A stretch of 8,452 nt of DNA. It comes from a virus (taxonomy: Duplodnaviria > Heunggongvirae > Uroviricota > Caudoviricetes). The notes below the pieces were generated by a model. The model ran no database searches. It was not told the origin of the DNA and saw only the letters and a list, made by a program, of their open reading frames with translations. This document shows positions 5,607 through 8,452 of this stretch, piece after piece. The position numbers and the translations under genes are program-made. Every line of letters starts with the position of its first letter. Position 1 is the stretch's first letter. Where the stretch lies: IMG/VR virus record IMGVR_UViG_2802429224_000005, positions 1 to 8,452 of that record; one strand, 5' to 3'.

Positions 5607-7805
5607 ATGGCAGAAAAAAAGATGACTGACTGGCATCGCAAGGTGCTGTGCAACTTTGATAATGCCTGGTCAGCAACGCAGGATATGCGTGAGCAGATTA
5701 TTGAGGCTCAACGTTTCGTACGGGTGTCCGGCGCACAGTGGGAAGGCAGCACAAACGCTGGTTACTCATTTGATGAAGGCAGGTTTGAGCATTATCCGCG
5801 TTTTGAACTGAATAAGATTGCTCGTGAATGTGATCGCATCATTGGCGAGTATCGGCAGAATCGCATCAGCGTTAAATTCAGGCCGAAGGATGACAAGGCA
5901 TCGGAAGCGTTAGCCGAAAAGATGAACGGCAAATTCCGCGCTGATTATCAGGAAACATCCGGTGGCGAAGCGTGTGATAACGCATTTGATGATGCTGTAA
6001 CGGGCGGATTCGGTTGTTTCCGCATGTGTGCTGATTACGAAGATGAAATGGATCCGAGTAACGAGCAGCGACGCATCAGCCTTCTTCCTGTTTACGACCC
6101 AGCGACATGCGTCTTCTTCGATCAGGACAGCAAGCAATATGACCGCTCTGATGCTATGTGGGCTATGGAAATGTTCTCCATGACGCCTAAAGCGTTCGAG
6201 GCTGAATACCCTGATTCCATCGCGGCAAGTCTTTCTCGTGATGACACTGGCACTCAATATGACTGGTCAACGCCTGATGCCATCTATGTTGGGCGCTACT
6301 ACGAAGTTCGCATAGAGAAGGTGAAGCTCACGGCGTGGCGCAACCCTGTTAGCGGAGAAACGGCAATCTATGATGAAGAGCAAATCAAAGATATTGTCGA
6401 CGAGCTGACCGATGGCGCATTCGAACTGATTGGTGAGCGAACGGTGAAGAAACGCCGCGTTTATTGCGGCCTTCTGTCTGGCGCTGAATGGCTGGAAGAA
6501 CCGAAGCGTATTCCGGGCGAACATATTCCACTCATCCCGGTATATGGGCGTCGCTCATTTGTTGATAATCAGGAGCGAATCGAAGGCCACGCAGCAAAAG
6601 CGATGGATGCACAGCGTCTTGAGAACCTGATGGTTTCCATGATTGCAGATAACGCCACTCAGGCTGGCGGTGATGGTATTCCTATCGTGGATGTTGATTT
6701 TATTCCCGGTCCATTAATGAATCACTGGGCAGAGAGGAATAAGAAAAGACCTGCAGTTCTTCCTATGACCAGCAAGAAGGACAAAAACGGAACAGTCATT
6801 TCAGAAGCTCAGGTTGCTGGCTGGACACCTCCGACACAAATGCCTCCTGCTCTTGCCGGGCTATTGCAGTACACCGGAACGGCTATTCAGCAAATTACAG
6901 GTGCGTCGCAGCTTGAGAACATGCCGAGCAACGTCGCTACCGATACCGTTGATAGTATCTTTAACCGGATGGATACGCAGTCCTATATCTACATGGACAA
7001 CATGGCTAAATCCATGCGCCGCGCTGGCGTCGTGTGGCTTTCTATGGCTCGTGAAGTCTATGGCAGCGATACGCCAATGCGCATCGTTAATGAGGACGGC
7101 AGCGATGACGTGGCGCTAATGACTGGTGAAGTGGTTGACCGTCAGACAGGGCAGGTTATCGCGCTTAACGACCTTTCGCAGGGTAACTATGAAGTGACTG
7201 TCGATGTCGGTCAGTCGTTCGCTACTCGCCGTGATGCAACGGTTAAGTCGTTACTTTCCATGCTGGCACTTATCCCGCCAGGGACGCCGAAGCACGACCT
7301 TGTATCGTCGATGATTCTCGACAATATGGACGGCGAAGGGATGGACGACCTTAAAGAATACAACCGCAATCAGTTGCTTCTGTCTGGCGTTATCAAGCCG
7401 AGAACGCCTGAAGAACAGCAGATGGTTGAACAGGCGAAACAACAACAGGCCAGTCAGCCAGATCCGGCTATGGTTGCAGCGCAAGGTCAGCTTCTTGCTG
7501 GTCAGGCTGAATTGCAGAAAGCGCAGAACGAACAGGCAGCCATTCAGGTTAAAGCATTCCAGGCACAGACTGATGCTCAGGTTGCAGCGGCAAATGTTGT
7601 GAAAATCCTCGCATCTGCCGATAGTCAGCAGAAATCTGATATCCGCGAGGCTCTGAAACTGCTCGGACAGTTCCAGCAACAGCAAGGAGATAATGCCCGT
7701 GCTGATGCAGAGCTTGTCCTGAAAAGTCAGGCACAGGGCCATGCGCAGCGCATGGACATCAGCAGCATCCTGCAAAAATCAACTCAGCAACAACCACAGC
7801 AGTAA
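5607..7805 (+). CDS. Portal protein, P22 gp1-like, 732 aa, with a Gln/Ala-rich C-terminal helical extension
   Basis: Several blocks match P22 portal as I recall it (RRRVY, PGEHIPLIPVYG, PRTPEEQQ, DPAMVAAQGQLLAGQAELQKAQN, ARADAELVLK, QRMDISSILQ), and length is close to the 725-aa P22 gp1. Starts 1 nt after the terL stop. Confidence 0.92.
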   Translation: MAEKKMTDWHRKVLCNFDNAWSATQDMREQIIEAQRFVRVSGAQWEGSTNAGYSFDEGRFEHYPRFELNKIARECDRIIGEYRQNRISVKFRPKDDKASEALAEKMNGKFRADYQETSGGEACDNAFDDAVTGGFGCFRMCADYEDEMDPSNEQRRISLLPVYDPATCVFFDQDSKQYDRSDAMWAMEMFSMTPKAFEAEYPDSIAASLSRDDTGTQYDWSTPDAIYVGRYYEVRIEKVKLTAWRNPVSGETAIYDEEQIKDIVDELTDGAFELIGERTVKKRRVYCGLLSGAEWLEEPKRIPGEHIPLIPVYGRRSFVDNQERIEGHAAKAMDAQRLENLMVSMIADNATQAGGDGIPIVDVDFIPGPLMNHWAERNKKRPAVLPMTSKKDKNGTVISEAQVAGWTPPTQMPPALAGLLQYTGTAIQQITGASQLENMPSNVATDTVDSIFNRMDTQSYIYMDNMAKSMRRAGVVWLSMAREVYGSDTPMRIVNEDGSDDVALMTGEVVDRQTGQVIALNDLSQGNYEVTVDVGQSFATRRDATVKSLLSMLALIPPGTPKHDLVSSMILDNMDGEGMDDLKEYNRNQLLLSGVIKPRTPEEQQMVEQAKQQQASQPDPAMVAAQGQLLAGQAELQKAQNEQAAIQVKAFQAQTDAQVAAANVVKILASADSQQKSDIREALKLLGQFQQQQGDNARADAELVLKSQAQGHAQRMDISSILQKSTQQQPQQ

Positions 7806-7895
7806 TTAACCCATAACGTGCAATGGCTGTCTTTATGAGGCCTTGCACCCTATTGCCTTCCGATGGGCTGAACATCGAGTAAACAGGGGTAACAA

Positions 7896-8452
<557 letters not shown>

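Noticed and set aside
5910-7775. ORFs antisense to or out of frame with portal (5910..6257 minus, 6267..6524 minus, 6814..7119 plus, 7251..7775 minus, 7549..7734 minus)
   Set aside because: All are embedded in the portal gene, whose P22-like identity is strong. The 174-aa ORF at 7251..7775 is just the antisense of the repetitive Gln/Ala-rich C-terminal region.

Overview
This window is the late region of a mosaic lambdoid prophage of an enterobacterial host. On the + strand it reads: a lambda-type lysis cassette (R endolysin at 4..480, Rz i-spanin at 477..944, Rz1 o-spanin embedded at 697..903; the holin would lie just upstream of the window), a Rha-family regulator (1288..1812), then the packaging and head genes (Terminase_2-type small subunit 3666..4193, large terminase 4190..5605, P22-like portal 5607..7805, and a 155-aa strongly acidic protein 7896..8363). 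Between rha and terS is an accessory (moron) region on mixed strands: an 86-aa minus-strand gene with a strong RBS, a small + ORF interrupted by an in-frame amber codon, and an AT-rich two-gene minus-strand operon. That operon is the most interesting object here. It encodes an ~81-aa predicted two-helix membrane protein whose stop overlaps (ATGA) the start of a 301-aa protein with no motif I can recognise, and the two proteins share a duplicated GDNSSxIQ(I/V)xG motif across the gene junction. I propose it as a candidate undescribed phage-exclusion or abortive-infection module, but function is inference only. All family assignments are from reading the translations by eye; no database search was run.
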